Positions 36,504 through 45,286 of a stretch of 45,549 bases of DNA are shown here, in pieces. Each line of letters begins with the position of its first letter. The first letter of the stretch is position 1. The notes under the pieces are model-generated. The model was not told the DNA's origin. It searched no databases and saw only the letters and a list, made by a program, of their open reading frames with translations. Source of the DNA: an uncultured Chitinophagales bacterium. Lineage in GTDB: Bacteria > Bacteroidota > Bacteroidia > Chitinophagales > JADIYW01. The translations under genes were made by a program, and so were the position numbers. The DNA lies in contig CAZPBT010000002.1 in NCBI GenBank assembly GCA_964584555.1, positions 1 through 45,549 of the forward strand, read 5' to 3'.

Positions 36504-36537
36504 CACATTCCTCTTATGGTTTTTGAAAGGGTAGCCT

Positions 36538-37215
36538 TTAATCTTTTTTTGTCCTAAAACTAAATCCCATCGTTATTACAAAATTCCGGTAGTAATAGTT
36601 TGCCGCACTGTTGTCTTTAGGTTTATATTTTATATTTCGTGATAAATCGACATTATAACGCATATCCACAAATAACCCCATTTGTTCTTTTACGTCAATA
36701 TGATAATCAATCCCAATGGGCATCGTAACATCCAGACGATTATAGGCAATTCCGTCATCCAGATTGGTATCATACGGAAATTTCTCTTTGGCTTTACTCC
36801 CGTCAGTATATTTCGTAATTTGTTTGTTGGTCAGTGCATAGCCCACACCCACACCACAGTAAATTCCGAAAGCAGAGTTGTCGGTAGGTTGAAATGCACC
36901 CTTAAATAAAATTGGAAACTCTATAAAGTTTCTTCTGCGCCATTGCTTTTCAATACCGCCAACTCCATTATATTTCAGCATAAAGCCCTTTTGTATCAGA
37001 TGGATTTCAGGTTGTATAGAAAAATGTCTGGATACCATTATTTCTATGGGTATGTCCACATCAAAGGCAACCATAGGTTTGTCATAAACACTGTAGCCCT
37101 TTTCTTTGATATGCGCAATATTTAAGCCTACACCTGCCCCTATTCTCAAACCTACTTTAGCCGTTATACTTAACTGCATTACGGCAAAAAAACCTAAAAT
37201 CAAATACTTTTTCAT
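36538..37215 (-). CDS. Outer-membrane beta-barrel protein (OMP_b-brl_2/PorT-like small barrel)
   Basis: 225 aa with a signal peptide (LILGFFAVMQLSITA), alternating hydrophobic beta-strand pattern and GxGxG strands (GAGVGLNIA, GVGVGYAL). Confidence 0.6.
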   Translation of the reverse strand: MKKYLILGFFAVMQLSITAKVGLRIGAGVGLNIAHIKEKGYSVYDKPMVAFDVDIPIEIMVSRHFSIQPEIHLIQKGFMLKYNGVGGIEKQWRRRNFIEFPILFKGAFQPTDNSAFGIYCGVGVGYALTNKQITKYTDGSKAKEKFPYDTNLDDGIAYNRLDVTMPIGIDYHIDVKEQMGLFVDMRYNVDLSRNIKYKPKDNSAANYYYRNFVITMGFSFRTKKD

Positions 37216-37350
37216 AATAATTACTTTTTCAGCAAACTTAGCTAGTATATAAAATATTCAACATACGTATTTCGTGGTATTTTTTGCTATTTTCAGTAAT
37301 AGTTGTATGGGTTAAAGCTAAACTGTATCTTTAGCTCTTAAATTTAGAAA

Positions 37351-38433
37351 ATGAGTTATAAGATAGATCAAAAAGCAGAGAGTTTCCTGTTTAATTATTT
37401 GAATAATGCATCACCTACCGGTTTCGAGGCAGAAGGTCAAAAAATATGGTTAAATTATATAAAACCATTTATTGATGAATATCATGTCGATCATTATGGT
37501 ACTGTTTACGGGGTGATTAACCCCAAAGCAGAATTTAAAGTAGTCATTGAAGCACATGCCGATGAGATATCCTGGTTTGTAAGCTATATCAGCGAAGATG
37601 GTTTGATAAGCGTTATTCGCAACGGTGGAAGCGACCATATTATTGCTCCATCCAAACGTGTAAACATTCATACTAAAAAGGGTATTGTAAAAGGTGTATT
37701 CGGCTGGCCAGCTATTCATTTACGCGATATGTCGAAAGATACTACACCCAGTGTAAAGAATATCACTATCGATGTGGGAGCACTGGATAAAAAAGAAGTG
37801 GAAGACATGGGCATACATGTAGGCTGTGTAATTACTTACGAGGATGAGCTGATGAAACTCAACAACCGTTATTATACAGGTCGTGCCCTCGATAACCGCA
37901 TTGGCGGGTTTATGATTGCTGAAATTGCCCGATTGGTAAAACAAGCTAAAAAGAAACTTCCTTTCGGTTTATATATCTGTAATTCGGTTCAGGAAGAAGT
38001 AGGCTTGCGCGGGGCAGAAATGATAGTTCGACAAATCAATCCGAATATTGCAATTGTTACGGATGTTTGTCACGACACAACTACACCTATGATTGACAAA
38101 AAGGATAATGGAGATTTCAAGTGCGGACGTGGTCCGGTGATTACTTATGGTCCTGCGGTTCATAATATTTTGCGAGAGTTGATATTAGATACTGCTGAAG
38201 CTAGTAAAATTCCATTCCAGCGTGATGCCGTAAGTCGCAGCACCGGCACCGATACAGATGCGTTTGCCTATAACGGCGGAGGCGTACCAAGTGCCTTGAT
38301 TTCATTGCCTTTGCGTTACATGCACACTACAGTGGAGTCGGTTGCCATATCAGATGTAGAGAATGTTATTCAGCTGATATATGATACCTTGCAAAATATT
38401 TCTCCTAAAATGAATTTGAAATATTTGAAGTAA
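37351..38433 (+). CDS. M42-family metallopeptidase (glutamyl aminopeptidase/FrvX-like)
   Basis: 360 aa with metal-ligand regions EAHADEI, RALDNRIG, QEEVGLRGA, VTDV and MHT, typical of M42. Confidence 0.85.
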   Translation: MSYKIDQKAESFLFNYLNNASPTGFEAEGQKIWLNYIKPFIDEYHVDHYGTVYGVINPKAEFKVVIEAHADEISWFVSYISEDGLISVIRNGGSDHIIAPSKRVNIHTKKGIVKGVFGWPAIHLRDMSKDTTPSVKNITIDVGALDKKEVEDMGIHVGCVITYEDELMKLNNRYYTGRALDNRIGGFMIAEIARLVKQAKKKLPFGLYICNSVQEEVGLRGAEMIVRQINPNIAIVTDVCHDTTTPMIDKKDNGDFKCGRGPVITYGPAVHNILRELILDTAEASKIPFQRDAVSRSTGTDTDAFAYNGGGVPSALISLPLRYMHTTVESVAISDVENVIQLIYDTLQNISPKMNLKYLK

Positions 38434-38610
38434 TCAAAATTTTAATACTTTTTCTTGCTTAATCATTACGTTTAGTATTCAACTTGATTTGATAGTGAAC
38501 TTTTATCTTGTTTTTTGAAAGCAACTACCGACTTCCGTTAAAAAAACTTAACCCTTTCGATATTATCCTGTTTTGAGGAAAATTTTATCCTTTCCTTACA
38601 TGCATTTTCT

Positions 38611-38618
38611 TACATTTG
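38611..38618 (+). promoter_or_regulatory. Bacteroidota -7 promoter box (TACATTTG)
   Basis: Matches TAnnTTTG, 19 nt upstream of the ATG at 38638. Confidence 0.4.
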
Positions 38619-38637
38619 CACATTATTTTAATTGCTT

Positions 38638-39975
38638 ATGCAAAAAACTACTTTTTTGTTTTTCGTTCTCTTGCTCTTGCCTTTCTCAGGTTTTTGTGAA
38701 GAAAAACTTTTGGATAAAATTGATGCTATTATTGGAGATAAAATCATCTTACGCTCGGATATAGAAAATCAGTTGGATTTGCTCAATATGAGAGGTAAGG
38801 ATGTGGAACAAAACCGTTGTACCCTTATGCAGCAGCTTATTCTAACACGTATGCTTGCCAATCAGGCCATCAGAGACAGTTTACCTATCAGCGACGAAGA
38901 AGTAGAAGACGAACTTAATCGCAAGGTTAATTATTTTATCAGCATGGCCGGTTCACAGGAAGCGTTTGAAGCGTATTACAAAAAAAGTGTACAGCAGATA
39001 AAAGATGATTATCGGGAAGATATTCGTGAAAATATGTTGTCATCTCGTATGCGAGGTAAAATCACTGAGAATATAAAAATTACACCGGCTGAGGTAAAAC
39101 AATATTTTGAAGAAATGTCTAAAGACAGTTTGCCCTATTTTAATGCTACTATGGAAATAAAACAAATAGTGATGAAACCGAAAGTAAGTGACTTGCAAAA
39201 AGAATTAGCATTGAAGAAAACAAAAGAATTACTGGAAAGATTGAAAAATGGAGAAAGTTTTGATTTATTGGCAAGTTTGTATTCTGAAGATATAGCATCA
39301 GCCCAGCAGGGTGGTTTACTGGATTGGGTGCCGCGCGGTACGTTTGTGAAAGAATTTGAAGCTGCAGCTTTTAAACTGAAAGACGGCGAAATGTCAGATA
39401 TTGTAGAAACTCCTTTCGGGTATCATATTATCCAAATGGTGGAAAGACGAGGGGATATGATTCAAGTAAAACATATTCTCATTCGGCCTAAATCAACTTC
39501 TGCGGATATCGAGTATGCCCGATTGAAACTGGATTCTGTTCGCAACGATATTTTGGCAGAAAAAATTACTTTTGAGAAAGCCGTAAAAGAATATTCCACA
39601 GATGATGCCTCCAAAAATGTGGGCGGATTTATTCTTAATAATGAAAACGGAAGTACTTTGCTTGATGTGACTAAGATGGATAATGAATTGTATCTTTTGG
39701 TTGATACGTTAAAAGAAAATGCAATTACGTTTGCCAGTTTATTTAATGATAATGACGGCACACCGGCTTATCGCATCGTAAAATTAATATCTAAAACTAA
39801 TCCGCATGAAGCCAGTTTGCAAGTTGATTACGATAAAATTCAAAATGCAGCTAGAGCTTCTAAAGAGGAAGATGAAATTTTAAAATGGTTTGATAAGTAT
39901 CTTAAAAAAACGTACATCATGGTGGATGATGAGTACAAGTCTTGCGATGTCTTACAATCAATACTAAAAAACTAA
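38638..39975 (+). CDS. Periplasmic peptidyl-prolyl isomerase, SurA-like (parvulin/PpiC domain)
   Basis: Signal peptide (FLFFVLLLLPFSGF), a SurA N-terminal-like chaperone region, and a parvulin domain with SEDIASAQQGGLLDWV...FGYHIIQ. I prefer the ATG at 38638 to the track's TTG at 38632. Confidence 0.8.
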   Translation: MQKTTFLFFVLLLLPFSGFCEEKLLDKIDAIIGDKIILRSDIENQLDLLNMRGKDVEQNRCTLMQQLILTRMLANQAIRDSLPISDEEVEDELNRKVNYFISMAGSQEAFEAYYKKSVQQIKDDYREDIRENMLSSRMRGKITENIKITPAEVKQYFEEMSKDSLPYFNATMEIKQIVMKPKVSDLQKELALKKTKELLERLKNGESFDLLASLYSEDIASAQQGGLLDWVPRGTFVKEFEAAAFKLKDGEMSDIVETPFGYHIIQMVERRGDMIQVKHILIRPKSTSADIEYARLKLDSVRNDILAEKITFEKAVKEYSTDDASKNVGGFILNNENGSTLLDVTKMDNELYLLVDTLKENAITFASLFNDNDGTPAYRIVKLISKTNPHEASLQVDYDKIQNAARASKEEDEILKWFDKYLKKTYIMVDDEYKSCDVLQSILKN

Positions 39976-39979
39976 CACT

Positions 39980-40945
39980 ATGTCAGCATTCACTAGCGAT
40001 ACAGAAGGCATAAATTTACTATCTTCAAAATATAATGAACTAAAATCAGAGATAGCTAAAGTAATAGTTGGTCAGGATGAAGTAGTGAAATATGTCCTGT
40101 TGTCTATATTTTGCAATAGCCACAGCTTACTGGTAGGTGTGCCGGGATTGGCGAAAACATTATTGGTGAAAACGGTTGCAGATGCATTGGATTTGGATTT
40201 CAAACGTATTCAATTTACTCCCGATTTAATGCCATCAGACATCATCGGTGCAGAAATTTTAAATGAAAATAGACAATTTCAATTTAATCGCGGTCCCATA
40301 TTTGCCAATATTGTCTTGGCTGACGAAATTAACCGTACACCTCCCAAAACGCAATCTGCCTTACTGGAAGCCATGCAGGAAAGACAAGTAACTGCAGCAG
40401 GGCAGGAGCACTTGTTAGACTTGCCTTTTTTCGTACTGGCCACACAGAATCCAATTGAGCAAGAGGGAACTTATCCATTGCCAGAAGCGCAACTCGACCG
40501 CTTTATGTTCAATATCATTTTGGATTATCCCACGTATGCTGAAGAATTGAATGTAGTAAAACTAACCACTTCAGATCATGCAAATGCAGTTCGTAAAGTA
40601 GTAACCGGGAAGCAAATCATAGATTTCCAGCACTTGATACGCCGTATGCCCATAGCTGACAATACGGTAGAATACGCAGTCAAGTTAGTTTCATCCACCC
40701 GCCCGAATACCACTTATGCGGCCAAGTCGGTTAATGAGTTTGTATCATGGGGTGCGGGTCCCCGGGCTTCACAAGCACTTATCTTAGCCGGAAAAGGACA
40801 TGCTGCACTGAGCGGCAAATATGCTCCGGATATTGAAGATATTCAGGCAGTTGCTTTGCCAATATTGCGTCATCGCGTAATCAGGAATTTCAAAGCAGAA
40901 GCTGAAAATGTTTCTATAGAAAAAATAATCGGAGACTTGTTATAG
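39980..40945 (+). CDS. MoxR-family AAA+ ATPase
   Basis: 321 aa with Walker A GVPGLAKT, Walker B LADEINR, sensor region ATQNPIEQEGTYPLPEAQLDRF and the C-terminal lid typical of MoxR. Confidence 0.9.
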   Translation: MSAFTSDTEGINLLSSKYNELKSEIAKVIVGQDEVVKYVLLSIFCNSHSLLVGVPGLAKTLLVKTVADALDLDFKRIQFTPDLMPSDIIGAEILNENRQFQFNRGPIFANIVLADEINRTPPKTQSALLEAMQERQVTAAGQEHLLDLPFFVLATQNPIEQEGTYPLPEAQLDRFMFNIILDYPTYAEELNVVKLTTSDHANAVRKVVTGKQIIDFQHLIRRMPIADNTVEYAVKLVSSTRPNTTYAAKSVNEFVSWGAGPRASQALILAGKGHAALSGKYAPDIEDIQAVALPILRHRVIRNFKAEAENVSIEKIIGDLL

Positions 40946-40977
40946 GAAGCTTTTCTGTACTATTTGTCATGTAAACA

Positions 40978-41586
40978 CTAAATACAAACGACAATTTTTT
41001 TTGTTTCAAAAAAAGATTCGTCAAAATAGTCTTTAATATCAGTAATGCTGATATGTTTCTTTATAGCAGACAATTCCTCTTTTAAATCACCACCCTTTAG
41101 CGCAATGATGCGTTTGGGTTTCAGCTTTCTTGTCCATCTCAACAAATCAGCCATGGGAGCTACCGCTCTGGTCACTACTTCATCAGCATGAATATCCAGC
41201 TGTTCAGCTCTGCTGACCATTGTTTGAACATTCTTTAGGTTGAGTACTTGACTTACTTCCTGCGCCACCCGTATTTTTTTGCCTATAGAATCGCACAGGA
41301 TAAATTGTGTTTCGGGGAAATAAATGGCAAGCGGAATACCCGGAAAACCGCCTCCGGTGCCAATATCCAAAACGGTTTCATTGGGTTTGAATTTGTTCAA
41401 TTTGGCAATGCTTAAAGAATGTAGGACATGTCTTTCATAAAAATTGTCCATATCTTTTCTCGAAATAACATTGATTTGATTGTTCCAAAAAGTATATATA
41501 TCCTGAAGTTGGGCAAATTGTTCAGCCTGAATTGGACTCAGTTCCGGAAAATATTTTTGGATAAGCTGCACAGTTGGGTTTTGCAA
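40978..41586 (-). CDS. rsmG: 16S rRNA (guanine527-N7)-methyltransferase RsmG
   Basis: 202 aa with SAM motif LDIGTGGGFPGIPLAI and N-terminal WN..INVIS.....ERHVLHS. The start is apparently TTG (41584-41586), 1 nt after the upstream stop. There is no in-frame ATG until far inside the conserved region. Confidence 0.88.
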   Translation of the reverse strand: MQNPTVQLIQKYFPELSPIQAEQFAQLQDIYTFWNNQINVISRKDMDNFYERHVLHSLSIAKLNKFKPNETVLDIGTGGGFPGIPLAIYFPETQFILCDSIGKKIRVAQEVSQVLNLKNVQTMVSRAEQLDIHADEVVTRAVAPMADLLRWTRKLKPKRIIALKGGDLKEELSAIKKHISITDIKDYFDESFFETKKIVVCI

Positions 41587-41587
41587 A

Positions 41588-42682
41588 TCAACGCTTGTTT
41601 GCCTGTTTTATATACTTGCGAATAGCATCTACCAAAGAAGGATTTTCAGGTGTTGGTGCGTACACATTTATCTTTAAATGATGTGATTTCACCGCTTCTG
41701 CTGTCGTAGTGCCGAAAATGGCTAATCGAGTTTCATCTTGTGAAAAATTGGGAAAATTGATATAGAGTGAATCAATAGCAGAAGGATTAAAAAATACAAG
41801 CATGTCGTATTTTACATCACTCAAATCGGATAAATCACTGGGTACGGTGCGATATATGACCGCTTCCGTATAGCGAATATCATATTGTGCCAATACATCT
41901 GCCAATGCTTTATCTCGCACATCAGAACAAGGCAATAAATAGGTGCTGTTTTCTTTGTGCTTGATAATGACTTCCATGAGTTTAGGCAATTTTCCATCAC
42001 CATAAAAAACTTTGCGCTTGCGGTATTGGATAAATTTTTGCAAATACAAAGCAATAGCCTCATTTAAACAAAAATACTTATTGTCTTCATTTACTTTGAT
42101 ACGCAATTCCTCGCACAATCTGAAATAATGTTCTATAGCAAAACGGCTGGTGAAAATGACACAATTGTATTGATCAATATACACTTTATGTTTTCTGAAA
42201 TCGGTGGCCGGCAAGCCTTGCACAAAAGTAAATGGACGCCAGTCTAATTTTATTTTAAATTCTGCTGCTAAATCAATATAAGGAGATTTGCCCAATTCAG
42301 GTTTCGGCTGAGAAATTAAAATAGATTTTACAGATTTGTATTTTATCTCACTCACAACTTCCGGAAGTGGTTTTTCAGCTACTATTATCTTCTTAGATTT
42401 ACTTTCATTTTTGGGTTTTGGCGTTACAATTGCTGCTTTCTTTGATTCTGTTTTCTTTACTTTAGGTGTAACTGTTTTTTCAGGTTTGGACTTTACTTTT
42501 TTTTCTGTAGCAGCCTTTTTTTCTGTAACTTTTGGAACAGCTGTTTTTTTAGCTTCTTTTAATGCAGGTTTGCCAGCTTTTGCCACAGCAGAAGTAGTTT
42601 TAGAGGCAACATTTTTAGTTGCGGTTTTTGGAGATGCCGATTTTACAGATTTTTTAGCCGGAGAAACGGTTTTTTTAGCCAT
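41588..42682 (-). CDS. Uroporphyrinogen-III synthase (HemD)-like protein with a K/A/P/T-rich histone-H1-like N-terminal extension
   Basis: The C-terminal region of about 250 aa (SILISQPKPE...VIFTSRFAIEHYFRLCEE...FFNPSAIDSL) matches HemD-like proteins that sit next to DUF4271 genes in Bacteroidota. The first approximately 105 aa are low-complexity basic repeats (AKK, PK, KKxA). Confidence 0.7.
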   Translation of the reverse strand: MAKKTVSPAKKSVKSASPKTATKNVASKTTSAVAKAGKPALKEAKKTAVPKVTEKKAATEKKVKSKPEKTVTPKVKKTESKKAAIVTPKPKNESKSKKIIVAEKPLPEVVSEIKYKSVKSILISQPKPELGKSPYIDLAAEFKIKLDWRPFTFVQGLPATDFRKHKVYIDQYNCVIFTSRFAIEHYFRLCEELRIKVNEDNKYFCLNEAIALYLQKFIQYRKRKVFYGDGKLPKLMEVIIKHKENSTYLLPCSDVRDKALADVLAQYDIRYTEAVIYRTVPSDLSDLSDVKYDMLVFFNPSAIDSLYINFPNFSQDETRLAIFGTTTAEAVKSHHLKINVYAPTPENPSLVDAIRKYIKQANKR

Positions 42683-42693
42683 ATTTTATTCTG

Positions 42694-43533
42694 TTACGCT
42701 GCCAAGTAGTTCAAAATAAATTTGCCGAGTAATAATACCGGCAACACTTTGAAAGCGCAAAGATACAGAAAAAAATGGAGTTTATATACTACTTTCAATT
42801 CCAGCAATAGCTGAAAGTTGCGAAATGCCGTAAAGAGTAGTAAACCTGCAGAAATTACCGTCAAGATAATCAATAAATGTTGATTGTTGCTATATTGATA
42901 GTATATGAAAAATGTAAATAACAATATCAGTAGAAAATAAAATGCCAGCTCTATAAATATATGCTGTATAAAGAAAGTTTTAAAGGTATCTGCTGTATCA
43001 GAGATGGCATTAAAAATAAATTCTATAAATAATTTTAAGGTGAAAAATAAAAAAAGCAATATGGTGAATTTCCCCAAAATAAGCAGATTAAATTGTCTAA
43101 AATTTCCAGCTGAAAATACTATGGAAATCAAAAAAAGCAGATATGCCAGACAAACTAAATGTAGAGCATAGACGGACAGCATAGCCAGAAATGAGTCATA
43201 TTTCTTGCTTTTCAAATAAATCAGAAATTTTTTATTGCTGATAATGCCTTCTGCCAATGACATAAAAAAATCTTCAAAAAACAAACGTATCAGCAAGAGT
43301 AAAAACAGTAAAGCCAGCAATGCATAAAAGTAATACAAGGAAACACCACCGATTCTGATATTTTGTATAACAGGAGTTTTGGCTGCTAATTTAAAGGGGT
43401 TGGTTTTACTTTTAAACTTCAAATAGGCTGCCGAATCAAGTTCATGTTTCAACACAGAGTCGCGGTAAACAGGATTGATATTAGCCGGTATACTGTCTTT
43501 TTTTATCTTATTCCCGGCAAAAGCTACCGGCAT
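42694..43533 (-). CDS. DUF4271 multi-pass membrane protein (start uncertain)
   Basis: About 6 TM helices and a C-terminal FFLYLCAFKVLPVLLL segment resembling DUF4271. The track's start (43815) lies inside the upstream Omp85-like gene. Plausible starts are ATG 43533, GTG 43554 or TTG 43572; the TTG gives a signal-like MRCFKPVLILCFCMPVAFA. Confidence 0.55.
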   Translation of the reverse strand: MPVAFAGNKIKKDSIPANINPVYRDSVLKHELDSAAYLKFKSKTNPFKLAAKTPVIQNIRIGGVSLYYFYALLALLFLLLLIRLFFEDFFMSLAEGIISNKKFLIYLKSKKYDSFLAMLSVYALHLVCLAYLLFLISIVFSAGNFRQFNLLILGKFTILLFLFFTLKLFIEFIFNAISDTADTFKTFFIQHIFIELAFYFLLILLFTFFIYYQYSNNQHLLIILTVISAGLLLFTAFRNFQLLLELKVVYKLHFFLYLCAFKVLPVLLLGKFILNYLAA

Positions 43534-43558
43534 GCAAAAACATAAAATCAGCACCGGT

Positions 43559-45286
43559 TTAAAACAACGCAATATAGCCGAAATGAATTTTCGATTTGCG
43601 GAAGTCCAGTCTGGCGTCTTTCTGATTGCCCAATGCATACGTGAGTCCAAAAATACCGATTTTTGTGTCAAAAGTAATGCCCGCTCCGAAACCAAATGGA
43701 AAATCGGTGAATACCGAATTATTAAATTTACGCTGGATATATGCCCAGTCGAAAAAAGTGAAAAAATAAGAGTTGCGCATGAGCATAAAACGATATTCCA
43801 GCGATGTAAGCACATAAGTACTCACCAAAATGGATTCTTCATCAAATCCTCTCAGTTTTTTATTACCGCCAATGCGCAGCAATTCGTTGCGCAGTAAACT
43901 TTGATTAAAAACAGCACCACCGGAATTTGACAGTTTCAAAATATGTCTTTCCTTTTTGCCCAAAGGCTGATAGTAGTTGCCCGCCCAAAAAACATCACCT
44001 TTTATACTTTTGCGTTTTATGCTGTCGTAGAGCGAAGCATAATTAAACGACCCGTCTGAAATGGAAATAATTTGCGTATTCTGTTTTATTTTTTTCGTAC
44101 CCATAGAGCCACTCACATTGATATCGAATCCTTTTTTTGGAGAAAATAAATTATCTAATTGTTCATAATAAGTTTGCACACCATACTGACTGTACAGTGC
44201 ATCCAAATTGTTCGGCAGTTTTTTATACGATTTGGCAAATAAGGTATCGGCTTCTAAAATGATAGTTTGGTTGTATTTATAAAATCCTTTTATGTAATTA
44301 TTGGTTTGGTATAAAAACGGCAAACCCAGTTGCCATGCCAAATCCATGGAAGAAGAATCGCGCTTATCTAAATTGAAGGTAAAATTGACCCCTAAAGGCG
44401 TATTGAACAAATAGGGATAATTGAAGCGGATATCCAAATATTGCGTTTTGGGTTGCAGTTTGCGCCATTGCAGCATAATCTCTTCACCACGTTTGAAAGC
44501 ATTCTGCAAATGCAAGTTGACTTCTCCGGTTATCAGCACTTTCTTTCCGGCACTTCCGGGCAAAAATCCAATGAGGAAATCGGCAGAGCTGACTTTGCGC
44601 TTGTTCAGATGCAAATAAATATGCGCTTTATCATCGGCAAACACAATTTGCGTGGGTTGTGCGAGTTCTGCATAAGGAAGTTTCTTGAGCAGTTTGTCAA
44701 TATTCAAAATTTTGGTTTCATTATACGCTTGTTTGGATTTTAGCTGGAGATAGTTTTGTATAAAGCCCTTGGTGATTTTGGACGTACCGAAATTTTTAAA
44801 ACTGTCTATGCTAATTAATTTGCCTTGTTCCGTTTTAAGGCGGGTATATATAGTATCGCCCTTCCATTGGATGCTATCAAAATAGGCACGGGCAAAAGGG
44901 TAGCCGTTGTTTTCGAGTTCTCTTAATGTCTTTTCTTTTTGTTGGGCAAGTATCAGTATAGAATTGTCATTTGCTTTATTGTTTTTGCGCTTTTCAGCTT
45001 TTTTATCAGCTACAATGGTATAGTGGTTTCCGGTATGCAGATAGGCGAGCAGCGTGTCATTTTTTTGTAAAACCGAATCGACAGAAAATTCCCAGTAACC
45101 TTTGCCAATTTGTTGCTGTTGCAGATTGATTAAATAATTTTGGATATCTGCAGCTGACTTAAACTGCTGAGGATTTTTGATAGTTAGACTGTTCTTATCC
45201 TGAAAAATAAATAGTTTTTGCGCATACAAATTTTGTCCCATCCAAAAAAAGGTGAAAACGACAGTCAAAATTCTTACATACTTCAT
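43559..45286 (-). CDS. Omp85/BamA-TamA-family-like outer membrane protein
   Basis: 575 aa with a signal peptide (LTVVFTFFWMGQNLYAQ), N-terminal POTRA-like alpha/beta segments, a C-terminal beta-barrel with GFGAGITFDTKIGIFGLTYALG and a terminal aromatic residue (YIALF). Confidence 0.55.
   Translation of the reverse strand: MKYVRILTVVFTFFWMGQNLYAQKLFIFQDKNSLTIKNPQQFKSAADIQNYLINLQQQQIGKGYWEFSVDSVLQKNDTLLAYLHTGNHYTIVADKKAEKRKNNKANDNSILILAQQKEKTLRELENNGYPFARAYFDSIQWKGDTIYTRLKTEQGKLISIDSFKNFGTSKITKGFIQNYLQLKSKQAYNETKILNIDKLLKKLPYAELAQPTQIVFADDKAHIYLHLNKRKVSSADFLIGFLPGSAGKKVLITGEVNLHLQNAFKRGEEIMLQWRKLQPKTQYLDIRFNYPYLFNTPLGVNFTFNLDKRDSSSMDLAWQLGLPFLYQTNNYIKGFYKYNQTIILEADTLFAKSYKKLPNNLDALYSQYGVQTYYEQLDNLFSPKKGFDINVSGSMGTKKIKQNTQIISISDGSFNYASLYDSIKRKSIKGDVFWAGNYYQPLGKKERHILKLSNSGGAVFNQSLLRNELLRIGGNKKLRGFDEESILVSTYVLTSLEYRFMLMRNSYFFTFFDWAYIQRKFNNSVFTDFPFGFGAGITFDTKIGIFGLTYALGNQKDARLDFRKSKIHFGYIALF

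Noticed and set aside
38573-38764. 63-aa plus-strand ORF overlapping the start of the SurA-like gene
   Set aside because: It is in a different frame from the well-supported PPIase gene and reads through its promoter box, with no independent support.
42336-42719. 127-aa plus-strand ORF rich in F/L/A/T
   Set aside because: It is a mirror-image artefact of the low-complexity K/A/P-rich tail coding region on the other strand, with no independent signals.
43475-43897. 140-aa plus-strand ORF spanning the Omp85/DUF4271 junction
   Set aside because: It is antisense to two supported genes, with no promoter box or recognisable motif.
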